A stretch of DNA of 64,000 nucleotides from a virus. Its lineage: Duplodnaviria > Caudoviricetes. The number at the start of each line of letters is the position of its first letter. Within the stretch, counting starts at the first letter, position 1. Position numbers and translations under genes: made by a program. Shown here piece by piece: positions 17,748 to 26,905 of the stretch. The notes under the pieces are model-generated. The model was not told where the DNA came from and made no database searches. It was given only the letters and a program-made list of their open reading frames with translations. The stretch spans positions 1-64,000 of IMG/VR virus record IMGVR_UViG_3300044546_000600; one strand, given 5' to 3'.

Positions 17748-18919
17748 CTCTGAGTAATGTAAACTTTACTTTTTTCCCCAAAGTTTAAAACATAAGCTTG
17801 ACCGTTAACGGTAACGGTAGAGTTAGCGTCGTATTTGGTGGTAAATCTGATTACACCTTTATCAGTAGATAAATATAATGAAGCGTACTTTCCATCAGTA
17901 GTGAATCCGTTGTTAACGGTAGTTGTTCCTGATGTTATATTATTTGTCTGAATTGGATTCGTGATCGAAGGAACTTCAATTTTAGGAACTTCTTTAACAA
18001 CCACTGGTGTTTGAACTTCTACTTTTGGAGCTTCAACTGTTGGAGCTTCTATTTTAGCATCTAGTTTTATTTGGGCAACTTCTGTTTCTTGTTTAGCTGG
18101 AGGCGGGGCATCTGTTGTTGTGCTTGCGGCTTCTGCTACTGATTCAGCAGCAGTTTGTTGCGCCACTTGAGTTTTAGTGTCTCCAGCTTTCTTATTTGAT
18201 TTGTCGTCTTTCTTGTCTTCAACTTTATCTTTTTCAGAAGAAACTTTTTTTGTTTCTTTGCTATTCTTCGTAATAGATTTATTACTCTCTACAAGAAGAT
18301 TATTATTGATCTTTGATTCATCGGTTAAATCAAGAATAACTGGCAACGTTGGATTAGAGAAAGCGGAAGAAATGAAAGTGGCTTGATACGCCTGATTCAA
18401 CACTACTGTTCCGCTCGCATTTGTAACTTCGATAGAGCCTACCACTGGAGGCGAGCCAGTTAACGCTGGAAGCGACGGCAAAAGAACAATTAAACTTTTG
18501 CCATCTTCTCCAACGCTCATAGAAAAGTCAGTTCCTCTTACTGACACAACAGCGGTTGGAGTTTTAATCTTTACGTTTTCTTTGCTGTTCTTGGCGATTA
18601 ATCCAGAAGTGTATCTAATGGTTCCTGATGCAGCTTTGATAGACAAAGAGCCTTTGCCGCTTGACGGATCATAAACGAATTCATCAATCTTAAGTTTAGA
18701 GAACTCTGTGATTTGAACTCTTGTGTCATCCACAAAGGAAATGTCAACGCGAGATCGAAGTGTTTCGATTGTATCGAACATCTCAATCCCAACGTTAGCT
18801 TTGCCCTCGATCTTATCCTTATCTCTGGTAATTTGAGTTGGCCCAGTAGCCTCTGTTATTTTACCAGATGAACCAAAAAGAGATAAAGCCGTTAATAAAA
18901 ATATAACGGCAATTCTCAA
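17744..18919 (-). CDS. FecR-domain secreted protein
   Basis: Signal peptide; DTIETLRS...FVDDTRVQITEFSKL...IKTPTAVVSVRGTDF; charged and Pro/Thr-rich linker. Confidence 0.88.
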   Translation of the reverse strand: MRIAVIFLLTALSLFGSSGKITEATGPTQITRDKDKIEGKANVGIEMFDTIETLRSRVDISFVDDTRVQITEFSKLKIDEFVYDPSSGKGSLSIKAASGTIRYTSGLIAKNSKENVKIKTPTAVVSVRGTDFSMSVGEDGKSLIVLLPSLPALTGSPPVVGSIEVTNASGTVVLNQAYQATFISSAFSNPTLPVILDLTDESKINNNLLVESNKSITKNSKETKKVSSEKDKVEDKKDDKSNKKAGDTKTQVAQQTAAESVAEAASTTTDAPPPAKQETEVAQIKLDAKIEAPTVEAPKVEVQTPVVVKEVPKIEVPSITNPIQTNNITSGTTTVNNGFTTDGKYASLYLSTDKGVIRFTTKYDANSTVTVNGQAYVLNFGEKSKVYITQR

Positions 18920-18920
18920 G

Positions 18921-19637
18921 TTATGGAAAAGGAGTTAAATTAGCAGCAGTTGTGCCTTGTTGAATAGAAACTGTATTGAAGCTGCCAGTCAAATTGTAGG
19001 TCAAGGTTTGTTTTTCTAAACCTGCTTGTTGGAAAGTCATTGTGTTAGAGCTTCCTAAAACAGTTACAACTTGACTATGACCGCTACCAGCAGCATTACC
19101 GCTCGGATTACCTGCTTGAGTTGTAGTTAGCGTGTTGCTTGAACCAGTGATGGTATAATCTAGTTCGTTATATTTGCCATCATCAATTCCAACTTTCATT
19201 ACATTGCTGCTACCAGTAACGACGAATTTGACATCGCCATTAACAGTGGTCGCTTTGTCGGTGCTGTTAGCGATAGCGTCTTTATTGAGCAAAAATGTAT
19301 TTGAATTACCAGTAAAGGTTAAGTCAATATCGTTATTTGCTCCGTTCGTGAACATCTTTAAGTTGTTGCTATTGCCAGTGGTAATAGATTTAAGCGTTAA
19401 GTTGTTACCGATCATAGAGAAGTTGGCTTCGTTATTGTCTCCAACTTGTCTCATCTCGAAAGAGAGATTGTCGGATGTTATTTCGCTGGGAGTGCCAGAC
19501 GAACCAATTTTATTAACGCTACCAGTTTGAACAATAGTTGTTGTACCAGTAGTGGTGATTTGGTTAATGTATATTTGATTTTGCCCAAAGCAAAGGGCTG
19601 ATAAAAATACATATAAAACTAATATTTTGATTTTCAT
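18921..19637 (-). CDS. curlin-repeat protein (CsgA/CsgB-like)
   Basis: Signal peptide, then many (Q/T)xGxxN repeats such as QTGSVN, QVGDNN, TGNSN, TGSSN. Confidence 0.82.
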   Translation of the reverse strand: MKIKILVLYVFLSALCFGQNQIYINQITTTGTTTIVQTGSVNKIGSSGTPSEITSDNLSFEMRQVGDNNEANFSMIGNNLTLKSITTGNSNNLKMFTNGANNDIDLTFTGNSNTFLLNKDAIANSTDKATTVNGDVKFVVTGSSNVMKVGIDDGKYNELDYTITGSSNTLTTTQAGNPSGNAAGSGHSQVVTVLGSSNTMTFQQAGLEKQTLTYNLTGSFNTVSIQQGTTAANLTPFP

Positions 19638-20428
19638 TGTTTTTGAGGGGTTTTGTATTTCCAGAGTCCCGATTTCTGCCCTTGATCTACTATCTCTATC
19701 ACTGCTTGCTCAATAGCACTTCTAACAGCTATTGTATTTGGTTCGTTGGCAGTTAATCCAAGTTCAGCTTCCACAGGAGTTACGCCGTGTTCGTAGAACT
19801 TGAATAGATTACCTGAAACCGCGACACTAGAAATTGTTTTAGTTACAGCTACGCTAAGTAATATCTCGCCTGTTTGTACACTAACGAAACGAAGCGACAC
19901 TGTAACAACGTCTTTGCGGTATTGAGTACTAGACGATATGCCAAGAACGCTTGCGCCAGCTCCACCAGTAATTATGTTGGTGTCGTAGCCAATGATGCCG
20001 CCTTCTGCGATAATGCCAGCAAACAGCATAGGAGCGAGCTTTTCAGCGTCTCTGCCTTGAAAGGTCTCTCTTGTTTGGTTGATTAGCTGCCGTTCTCTAA
20101 TGATATTGTCCAAACTGGTGCGCTCTAGCACCTGAAACCATTGACCGTTGCCAGCAATGCGCAAAGCGTCTATAACCCAGCTTTCCGCGCCTTGCGTGAC
20201 TGCGGAAGAGAAAGAGGCGTAGGAATCTACAGTTTTGCGTTGGCCAGTCTTATCAACGAAGGAATAGATGGCAATGCTGATTCTAGCGCTCTCTGGAGGC
20301 GGCAAATTACGCAACTGCTGCTCCAAAGGTGGAGCTTGCAGCTTAGGCTTCTCTAATATAGCAGGTTTTTGTGGAAAAGATGAGCAACCTACTAGGAAAA
20401 GAAGCAAGAATGGAGTTAACCATCTCAT
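19634..20428 (-). CDS. csgG: curli secretion channel lipoprotein CsgG
   Basis: Lipobox LVGC; IAIYSFVDKTGQRK, SSAVTQGA, WFQVLER, IIRERQLI, GGIIGYD, QYRKDVVTVSLR, NEP. Confidence 0.95.
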   Translation of the reverse strand: MRWLTPFLLLFLVGCSSFPQKPAILEKPKLQAPPLEQQLRNLPPPESARISIAIYSFVDKTGQRKTVDSYASFSSAVTQGAESWVIDALRIAGNGQWFQVLERTSLDNIIRERQLINQTRETFQGRDAEKLAPMLFAGIIAEGGIIGYDTNIITGGAGASVLGISSSTQYRKDVVTVSLRFVSVQTGEILLSVAVTKTISSVAVSGNLFKFYEHGVTPVEAELGLTANEPNTIAVRSAIEQAVIEIVDQGQKSGLWKYKTPQKQ

Positions 20429-20430
20429 TC

Positions 20431-20886
20431 TTATCCACCTCCTGGTTTGAGGACTCCAACAGGAAGTTGAATTTGCGTCGAACTGCCTGTTGCTGGGTCG
20501 TTAATATACAGCGTTACTAAATCGCCGTTCTTTTGCCAAGTGACTGTTGCGCCACCTTGTAAATTAATAATACCAAACGTTTCGCCGTTTGAATTGAAAA
20601 TCTGATCCGTAACTTGTGAGGCTAATTGAGAATAAATTCTTGCCTGTAAGTTGTTTATGAAAGTATTAAGCGGAGTATTTGTAGCTTGAATCTTTTGTTG
20701 TTCAAGATCAGCTCTTAAGTTATCCTTAACAGCTTGCTTACGAGTTCTCGCTAAGTTCTCTACAGTGAGAACGTGTCCAGAAAAGTTAGCTCCGTTGAAA
20801 ATCGGAGACTTGAAGCCATGAACCATCTCGCTTCCATGCAAACTGGAAATAAAAATAAATAAAATTAGAAAAAATGGTGTCTTCAC
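20431..20886 (-). CDS. csgF: curli assembly protein CsgF-like
   Basis: GTG start; signal peptide then EMVHGFKSPIFNG; FINNLQARIYSQLA; directly upstream of csgG. Confidence 0.85.
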   Translation of the reverse strand: MKTPFFLILFIFISSLHGSEMVHGFKSPIFNGANFSGHVLTVENLARTRKQAVKDNLRADLEQQKIQATNTPLNTFINNLQARIYSQLASQVTDQIFNSNGETFGIINLQGGATVTWQKNGDLVTLYINDPATGSSTQIQLPVGVLKPGGG

Positions 20887-20893
20887 TTATCAT

Positions 20894-20903
20894 ACTATTA
20901 CAC
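20894..20903 (-). promoter_or_regulatory. candidate late promoter motif GTGTAATAGT upstream of the curli operon
   Basis: Starts 17 nt before the csgF start. Confidence 0.45.
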
Positions 20904-21560
20904 TTTTTTATCGGCTTCTTTGAATTGATAGAAGTAATCGTCGTTGTCTAAAGCAACCCACTTGCCTTTACCTTCGCAAGTGAACTCTTTATCAAAGACT
21001 TTCCAATCTGGTTTCTCTAGTTTTTTAGCTATAAAAGCGCCGCCATCTTTCCAAACGACTCTATTATTTGGCTGAAAGAATAATTGATTACAATCTTTGC
21101 CTGTTGAGTCTTGAAGACCCCAGATAAGATGGCCGCATTTGTGTCCTCCAGCCATTTCAGAATAGCCAAACGCAGCATCAGGATTATCGTGCCAGTCTAT
21201 CGTAAATAAGTATTTGCCTTTAACCCATTGGTGATTCTTTAGTTGCACCTCTACTGATGCGTTCTTATGGTATTCATATCTTGTTACCGATAAAGAATTT
21301 GAATAGCAGTCCCAAAGCTGTAACCAATCTAAAGGATAGTCAGTATGTTCTGGAGATAAAGTTAAATAATGAATCGGCACTCTATCATGCCTAGAGCCAT
21401 ACTCTGTCATTATCTGAAACGTAAGACAACGACGAGTTAAAGAAGTTACGCCAAAAACTTCACAAGAGATATACTCTTTCTTATGTTCAGTGTGATTATA
21501 AAGAAAGTCGCTTTTTAAATAAGCATGAAAAACAGGAATATTAGCGTTTAAGTAAGGCAT
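20898..21560 (-). CDS. hypothetical protein
   Basis: 220-aa ORF, MPYLNANIP...LQLWDC...GKYLFTIDW...HKCGH. Confidence 0.75.
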   Translation of the reverse strand: MPYLNANIPVFHAYLKSDFLYNHTEHKKEYISCEVFGVTSLTRRCLTFQIMTEYGSRHDRVPIHYLTLSPEHTDYPLDWLQLWDCYSNSLSVTRYEYHKNASVEVQLKNHQWVKGKYLFTIDWHDNPDAAFGYSEMAGGHKCGHLIWGLQDSTGKDCNQLFFQPNNRVVWKDGGAFIAKKLEKPDWKVFDKEFTCEGKGKWVALDNDDYFYQFKEADKKV

Positions 21561-22213
21561 TACTTAACTTTACGTTTTTTAGCTGGCTTTTTGCCTTCTG
21601 TATTTTTATTTTTAATAAAATCAGTCATTTCCTCCAGATTCATAATGTCGAGCTTAGTGGTAATGTGTTCATAGAAATCAGGAAAACATTCTTTGAACAA
21701 CTTTAGATTAACTGCGGTAGAGTTCATCGAAGGTCTAGAGAACGACGAATAAAGAGCTTTGACTGCATCTTCGTCGCCCTCTAATACTGCTTGGCGCAAA
21801 TTAGGAGCTAAGAATAAGCCAAGAAAACAATCTCTAAAACTATTCATTAACATACCAACAGAAAGCTCAAACTGATTTTGATCTATAAAGAAAGTTTCAA
21901 CAGGAATGTTCCAGCTAACCATTGGGCTTTCTCCATAGTTAATACAAACTTTTAAATTCTTATTGTCGAGTTTAGACCAAACAACTTCGCCAAGATAAGG
22001 TTGACAAACAGCAAAAAAGTTAGCGACTCGGTTTCTTGCCTCTTGGTCAAGGTTTTGCTCGAAATCTACTTTAACTGCATACTTGGTCATTTCAACAATA
22101 GCTTCTATAAAGTTTTTTTGAGAAATCTTCTTGTTTAAAATTGATTCAAAATCTTTTTTTACTTTAGAGAACTCGGAATATAAAATATCTTTTTGTTCTT
22201 TGTATGTCATCAT
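21560..22213 (-). CDS. hypothetical protein
   Basis: 217-aa ORF with overlapping start/stop. Confidence 0.7.
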   Translation of the reverse strand: MMTYKEQKDILYSEFSKVKKDFESILNKKISQKNFIEAIVEMTKYAVKVDFEQNLDQEARNRVANFFAVCQPYLGEVVWSKLDNKNLKVCINYGESPMVSWNIPVETFFIDQNQFELSVGMLMNSFRDCFLGLFLAPNLRQAVLEGDEDAVKALYSSFSRPSMNSTAVNLKLFKECFPDFYEHITTKLDIMNLEEMTDFIKNKNTEGKKPAKKRKVK

Positions 22214-22443
22214 GGCTGTATTTCCTTTAATGCTGATAGCGCGTCTTGATCAATTTTGGCAGACCAATTTTTTGTGAAGTCCCAATACTCTACTTCCTGA
22301 TCGAACAAGTCTTTTGACTTGGAGAAAACATTGAGAACGTCTCCAGAGAAAAGAGGGAGAACAGTTTGAGAGTTCTCTTTGTAATTAAAACAGAGAAGAG
22401 GGTAAGTTTTCGTTACAAGATATTTGCTCATTAGCTTTTCCAT
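22210..22443 (-). CDS. hypothetical protein
   Basis: 77-aa ORF tiling. Confidence 0.55.
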   Translation of the reverse strand: MEKLMSKYLVTKTYPLLCFNYKENSQTVLPLFSGDVLNVFSKSKDLFDQEVEYWDFTKNWSAKIDQDALSALKEIQP

Positions 22444-22745
22444 CCAGAGTCAGGTTGCCGAAAAGAATGAAGCGTGATCATGCAGTCACAAATATAATCT
22501 TGCGAGACAAGCCACCCAAGAATGCGTAGTTTTTCTAGCCCAAATCCAACGTTCTTAACTTCCATTTCAAATCTTCTTGGAGTTTCAATTGGAAGACCTT
22601 CTTCATTAAGAGTGATAAGAAGCATTAACTTTGAATCGTTGAGATCATTCGTGGAAATGATTGAGGCTTTGTAAGGAGTAAGCTCCTGAATGTTAAGATG
22701 CTTGCGTGACTTTTCAGTCAGAGCAAATGTGATTTCGTACTTCAT
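22431..22745 (-). CDS. hypothetical protein
   Basis: 104-aa ORF, ATGA overlap. Confidence 0.6.
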   Translation of the reverse strand: MKYEITFALTEKSRKHLNIQELTPYKASIISTNDLNDSKLMLLITLNEEGLPIETPRRFEMEVKNVGFGLEKLRILGWLVSQDYICDCMITLHSFRQPDSGWKS

Positions 22746-23731
22746 TTTAAGAAATTTTTAATTTTTTGGATAGCGTCAGATTTTTCGGCGAAAGCTTGAG
22801 CAACGAATTGCTTTTGATGCTTTAGCTCTTCCTCGTAATTGAGAGAAGAAACATAACTTGTCAAGCCTTTTGACAATCTTTTTTCATCAATTAAAGCATT
22901 CGGGGATAAAGTGTATCCACAATTCTTAATTGTATTTTCGCATCCAGCGTCAAACAACATTACAACATCACTCATCAAAGCTTCGTAAAAACGATTAGCT
23001 AAGAACGCATAGTTGTTGTGCGTATGCAAATCTTCAATGTAGATTGAGTATTTATATTTGCGCAAATCTTCTTCGTTTTTCTTCCACGAAAGTTTATCGA
23101 CGAAAGTACAATTACAGTTGATTGCTTGAAACTTCTTAACGTTCTTTGGCGAGCAAGAAAGATGCACGCCTTCCGTCAAGAACTTCTCGAAAGAGATTTG
23201 GCGATGCTTACGATATGTACCGTAATAAACGATTCCTTCTTTGTCTTGAGGATTTGTAGGATTGCGCGTATCCATAATCAAAGAATTGAGATTAACGGTT
23301 AGCCATTCAACGATAAAGTCGTTCAGCTTTTTCCCCGCAATGTTCTTGTTGAGAATCCAGTGGCGATAACCGCTACGAGGATTATTGCAGATCATGTCAT
23401 ACTTTAATCCATGATTGATTACGCCATAGCGAAGAAGCTGATTGTCTTCAATGTCATGGTCGTTAACAAGCCAAACGTACCTCGCGTTTGGATTCTTCGT
23501 CAGAATCTCGCGGTAAGGAACGTGCGGCATATACGGCGAAGCGTACGCGCAAATGATTATGTCGTACTGGTTGGCTAAGATTTGTGGTAGTTTGTATTCG
23601 CCATCCAATAAGTCTGCGCCGAGTGCCTCGGCCAGAATCAAGCTGTTACGGCAATGAACGATTGAGGTATCGTCAAACTCATTTGACAGCGGCTTTCTCT
23701 TGCTTGTGCTTTCGATGATTAAGATTTTCAT
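22742..23731 (-). CDS. GT-B glycosyltransferase resembling T4 DNA beta-glucosyltransferase
   Basis: IVYYGTYRKHR and IEDLHTHNNYAFLANRFYEALMSDVVMLFD resemble T4 BGT VIYGGSFRSGQR and IGDKNYNDNFITLRVWETMASDAVMLID as I recall them. Confidence 0.6.
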   Translation of the reverse strand: MKILIIESTSKRKPLSNEFDDTSIVHCRNSLILAEALGADLLDGEYKLPQILANQYDIIICAYASPYMPHVPYREILTKNPNARYVWLVNDHDIEDNQLLRYGVINHGLKYDMICNNPRSGYRHWILNKNIAGKKLNDFIVEWLTVNLNSLIMDTRNPTNPQDKEGIVYYGTYRKHRQISFEKFLTEGVHLSCSPKNVKKFQAINCNCTFVDKLSWKKNEEDLRKYKYSIYIEDLHTHNNYAFLANRFYEALMSDVVMLFDAGCENTIKNCGYTLSPNALIDEKRLSKGLTSYVSSLNYEEELKHQKQFVAQAFAEKSDAIQKIKNFLK

Positions 23732-24104
23732 TAAATTTTGTGAATTCGCCTTCTTCGTTTGAGTAGTAAATTTCTTTGAAAATTACATCGCCCAAAAGCT
23801 TTTGGCAGTGCTTGCAAGGTTTACCCATAGCTACTTTTTCGTTTCTGTCAATACGAAATGTAACTAAAATATTTTTTGAGTGATCTACCTTGCCAGATTT
23901 AATGACGGCGCACGCTTCGGCATGAATGCCGCTTCCTTCAAAATAACCGTACTTTCTATTGATTGGATGAGACTTCTTTGAGTTTCTCCCAATAGAAACG
24001 ACACGATTCTTGTGCAGTATAAAAGCAAAATGACGACACCGGATTCCAGTGTCGTCATAGATAATTAGATTTTTTGCTAGGTTTACGAGACGGTCAAACT
24101 TCAT
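23679..24104 (-). CDS. zinc-dependent cytidine/dCMP deaminase-like protein
   Basis: IHAE and KPCKHC motifs. Confidence 0.85.
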   Translation of the reverse strand: MKFDRLVNLAKNLIIYDDTGIRCRHFAFILHKNRVVSIGRNSKKSHPINRKYGYFEGSGIHAEACAVIKSGKVDHSKNILVTFRIDRNEKVAMGKPCKHCQKLLGDVIFKEIYYSNEEGEFTKFNENLNHRKHKQEKAAVK

Positions 24105-24484
24105 TAGAAGTTATATCTAATGCGGACTTCGCCGCCCGTGTCAAGGAATTTTTGCGGGAATTTAGAATTCAACCGCTTTCCATGACTACCTTCAAACTTG
24201 AGCTTAACGTCAACTTTCTTAATTGAAATCTTGGAGCCAAGTTCAAAAGTCTCCATGTTTTCGCCCTTGTTAAAGGAGTTGACGTATTGACGACCTTTGC
24301 CAACTTCGGCATAAACCCAAGGATAAGCTACGCCAACGCGAGCTTCATGGGAATATGTTTGAGTATTCCAGTCGATTGCGGCAGTGTTGTTCTTGGATTC
24401 CAGATAAAATGGGACACCAGCGTGAGCTTTGGTAGCCAAAACAGCTAGAATTAACGAAACGATGAATAGTTTAATTTTGTTCAT
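24104..24484 (-). CDS. small outer-membrane beta-barrel-like protein
   Basis: Signal peptide ending AHA, alternating beta strands, C-terminal IRYNF. Confidence 0.65.
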   Translation of the reverse strand: MNKIKLFIVSLILAVLATKAHAGVPFYLESKNNTAAIDWNTQTYSHEARVGVAYPWVYAEVGKGRQYVNSFNKGENMETFELGSKISIKKVDVKLKFEGSHGKRLNSKFPQKFLDTGGEVRIRYNF

Positions 24485-24494
24485 AATCATTATG

Positions 24495-24504
24495 ATTATT
24501 ACAT
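24495..24504 (-). promoter_or_regulatory. candidate late promoter motif ATGTAATAAT
   Basis: Immediately upstream of the OM barrel gene. Confidence 0.4.
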
Positions 24505-24509
24505 TAACT

Positions 24510-24992
24510 TTAACTTTTTCTATAAATAAGTTTTAAATATGCGTCATTGTCGTCCGCTATCTCGTTGAAACCGTAAGTATTTAAAAATTTAACGTAGATA
24601 GCGTATCTTTTACGACTCTTCATTACTTTCGCTGCAATTTCTTTGTATTTCAGTTCTTCTATCTTGTCTTTAAATCCTTGTTGCATTTCTGAGGTTTGCA
24701 TTACTTGGCTATCCACGAATACATGAGCGATTTCGGCGGATACGCTTGTTATTGGTGCTATTATAAAAGCAGCGAAAACTCTATCTTTCATGTCTCTAAA
24801 AACAAAAGAGCTGATAGTATTTTTCTGAAGAATAGCGCCGATTTCCCTGAAAAACAAAGAAGGAGCTACTGTTGAAGTAACTCCAAATTTAGATTGCGCT
24901 GATACAGCGAGCTTTAGAACTTCTGGAATGTCGTTTAAATACATCCTAGTTATTTTGAAAGAGTCTATTTTTATATGGTTTTTCTGACTCAT
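24510..24992 (-). CDS. GNAT-fold acetyltransferase-like protein
   Basis: ITRMYLNDIPEVLKL...FAAFII...AEIAHVFVD...FLNTYGF; divergent from the tail operon. Confidence 0.5.
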   Translation of the reverse strand: MSQKNHIKIDSFKITRMYLNDIPEVLKLAVSAQSKFGVTSTVAPSLFFREIGAILQKNTISSFVFRDMKDRVFAAFIIAPITSVSAEIAHVFVDSQVMQTSEMQQGFKDKIEELKYKEIAAKVMKSRKRYAIYVKFLNTYGFNEIADDNDAYLKLIYRKS

Positions 24993-24994
24993 GG

Positions 24995-25004
24995 GTGTAA
25001 TATA
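24995..25004 (+). promoter_or_regulatory. candidate late promoter GTGTAATATA of the tail-tip operon
   Basis: Identical to the motifs at 1868 and 3081; starts 28 nt before the gpL ATG. Confidence 0.55.
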
Positions 25005-25022
25005 ATCTAAAGGTAAAAGGAA

Positions 25023-26540
25023 ATGTCAAGGGATTCTAATCATAAAGTCAATACTGCTCTATTCTCGCTGGAACCATCCGCGCTGTTAGAGTTTTTTGTC
25101 ATTTACTATGATTACGTTAACTTTCCTGACGAAAAGCTTTACATTCATGGCGGCACTAATGGAATAGAAGGTTCTGTTTATTGGCAAGGCGAAGAGTATG
25201 CGCCGTTTCCGATTCAAAGCTCTGGATTTGAGAGTAAAGGCGATGGTTCGCTTCCAAGACCAAAGCTAGCAGTTTCTAATCAAGATTTTTTCGTATCTAA
25301 CTTGATCAGAAGATATAGCAACTTAGTTGGTGCAAAAGTAGTCAGAAAGCGTACTTTTGTTAAATTTCTAGACGATAAAAACTTTTCGCCAACAGCGGCT
25401 AAACCTCTTGGAGCTAATCCTTATGGTAGCGCAGATCCAAAAGCTGGCTTAGAAGATCAAGTATTCTTTATTTTAAGACGGTCTAGCGAAAGCAAAGCTG
25501 TTGTAGAATTTGAGTTGGCTTCTCCACTTGAACTTGATGGCGTCAATTTTCCGAAAAGAATTGTAATGTCTCGTTACTGTTCTTTTCATTACAGAGGAAA
25601 TGGATGCCGTTACATGGGCGCGCCTGTTGCTGATGAAAATGATTTAAAGCTTTCTGTAGCAACTGATTTTAGAGCTGGTCTTTTAAAAAGAGTTTATACA
25701 ACTACTGGAAATCCAGCTTCTCCAGCAAATTCTTCTGAGTTTACTTCTAAAATTGCAGCCGCCACATTTTCTTCCGAATCCGTAGTTAGTTCGGTAACCG
25801 TAACTAATGATACGTATGTATTCACCGAATTTCTCGGATACTTTAAAGTAGATAAAGGACAAGCTGGAAGTTATTCTCTTGGAGTTGATCCTGACGATGC
25901 TGCTGAATTGTTTATTGATGGAGATGTAATCGCTGGGGATTATGGCGAAGGTCCACAAAACACAACCGCTCCACAAGCAGATGGAACTATTTTCTTAAAA
26001 GAAGGTTATCATAGAGTTTTGATTAGATGGTACAATCAAGGAGGTGGTGGAGCTTTAACTATTTACTATAAACCGCCAGCAGTTACATCATGGGCCGCTG
26101 TTCCTGTTTCTAGATACTATTACGATGTAGATGAAGCTTCGACTTTGACAAGCTCTCAAAGATTTGGAACAGATTCCGCAATCTCTAAATATATTGGAAT
26201 TAATGAATCAAGTTTTGGTCTATTAGTGAATAAAGATAAATGGATTAGTAACTACAATTATAAAGTTGGCGACTATGTGTATCGTGAAAATCATAATATC
26301 AAAGTAACTAAATCTGATATTAACGCTGTTCCGAATTGGGAGCCGATTCATAAAGTATTTGTTTGCTCAAAAAATCATACATCAACCAGTACAAAAGATC
26401 CTTATTTCAATAAAGAATATTGGATTCCTGATCAGTGCTCGAAAAGCATTAAAGGATGTAAATTAAGATTTGGAAATCAAGATGGACTGCCTTTTGGCGG
26501 CTTCCCCGGCACAGAAGAGTACGGTATGTCTCAACAATAA
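25023..26540 (+). CDS. lambda gpL-like tail tip protein with PA14 and CBM-like insertions
   Basis: YWQGEEYAPFPI...GDGSLPRPKL, VVEFELASPLE; four Cys (YCSFHYRGNGC / QCSKSIKGCKLRF); PA14 between them (DPDDAAELFIDG, GYHRVLIRWYNQGGG). Confidence 0.9.
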   Translation: MSRDSNHKVNTALFSLEPSALLEFFVIYYDYVNFPDEKLYIHGGTNGIEGSVYWQGEEYAPFPIQSSGFESKGDGSLPRPKLAVSNQDFFVSNLIRRYSNLVGAKVVRKRTFVKFLDDKNFSPTAAKPLGANPYGSADPKAGLEDQVFFILRRSSESKAVVEFELASPLELDGVNFPKRIVMSRYCSFHYRGNGCRYMGAPVADENDLKLSVATDFRAGLLKRVYTTTGNPASPANSSEFTSKIAAATFSSESVVSSVTVTNDTYVFTEFLGYFKVDKGQAGSYSLGVDPDDAAELFIDGDVIAGDYGEGPQNTTAPQADGTIFLKEGYHRVLIRWYNQGGGGALTIYYKPPAVTSWAAVPVSRYYYDVDEASTLTSSQRFGTDSAISKYIGINESSFGLLVNKDKWISNYNYKVGDYVYRENHNIKVTKSDINAVPNWEPIHKVFVCSKNHTSTSTKDPYFNKEYWIPDQCSKSIKGCKLRFGNQDGLPFGGFPGTEEYGMSQQ

Positions 26541-26542
26541 CC

Positions 26543-26905
26543 ATGAAATCTATTATTGATCACGCAGCCGCATCAAATGTTGAGGTTTGTGGGTTTGTTC
26601 GTATTGAAGATGGAGAAATCAAAACTGAACCAGCAAAGAACATTGCTGTGTACGAAAACGATGTGTTTGAGATTCATCCTTTAGAAGTTATCAAGCAAAT
26701 CAAAAGCGGAAAACTTGCCGCTATTTACCATACTCACCCTAAAACAGAAGAAGAAGAATCAAAGTTTGACCGATTTAATTGCGAAAATTCATGTATTCCT
26801 TATTTAATTTATAGCAAACAAACAGAAAAATTTAATCTTATCGTTCCAAAGGTTCCTCATGTAAACAAAGAGTATATAGAGATACTCAAGAAATACTATG
26901 ACTAA
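26543..26905 (+). CDS. gpK-like JAB/MPN domain protein (no NlpC/P60 domain)
   Basis: EVCG, IYHTHP, SKFD motifs; position between L and I. Confidence 0.88.
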   Translation: MKSIIDHAAASNVEVCGFVRIEDGEIKTEPAKNIAVYENDVFEIHPLEVIKQIKSGKLAAIYHTHPKTEEEESKFDRFNCENSCIPYLIYSKQTEKFNLIVPKVPHVNKEYIEILKKYYD

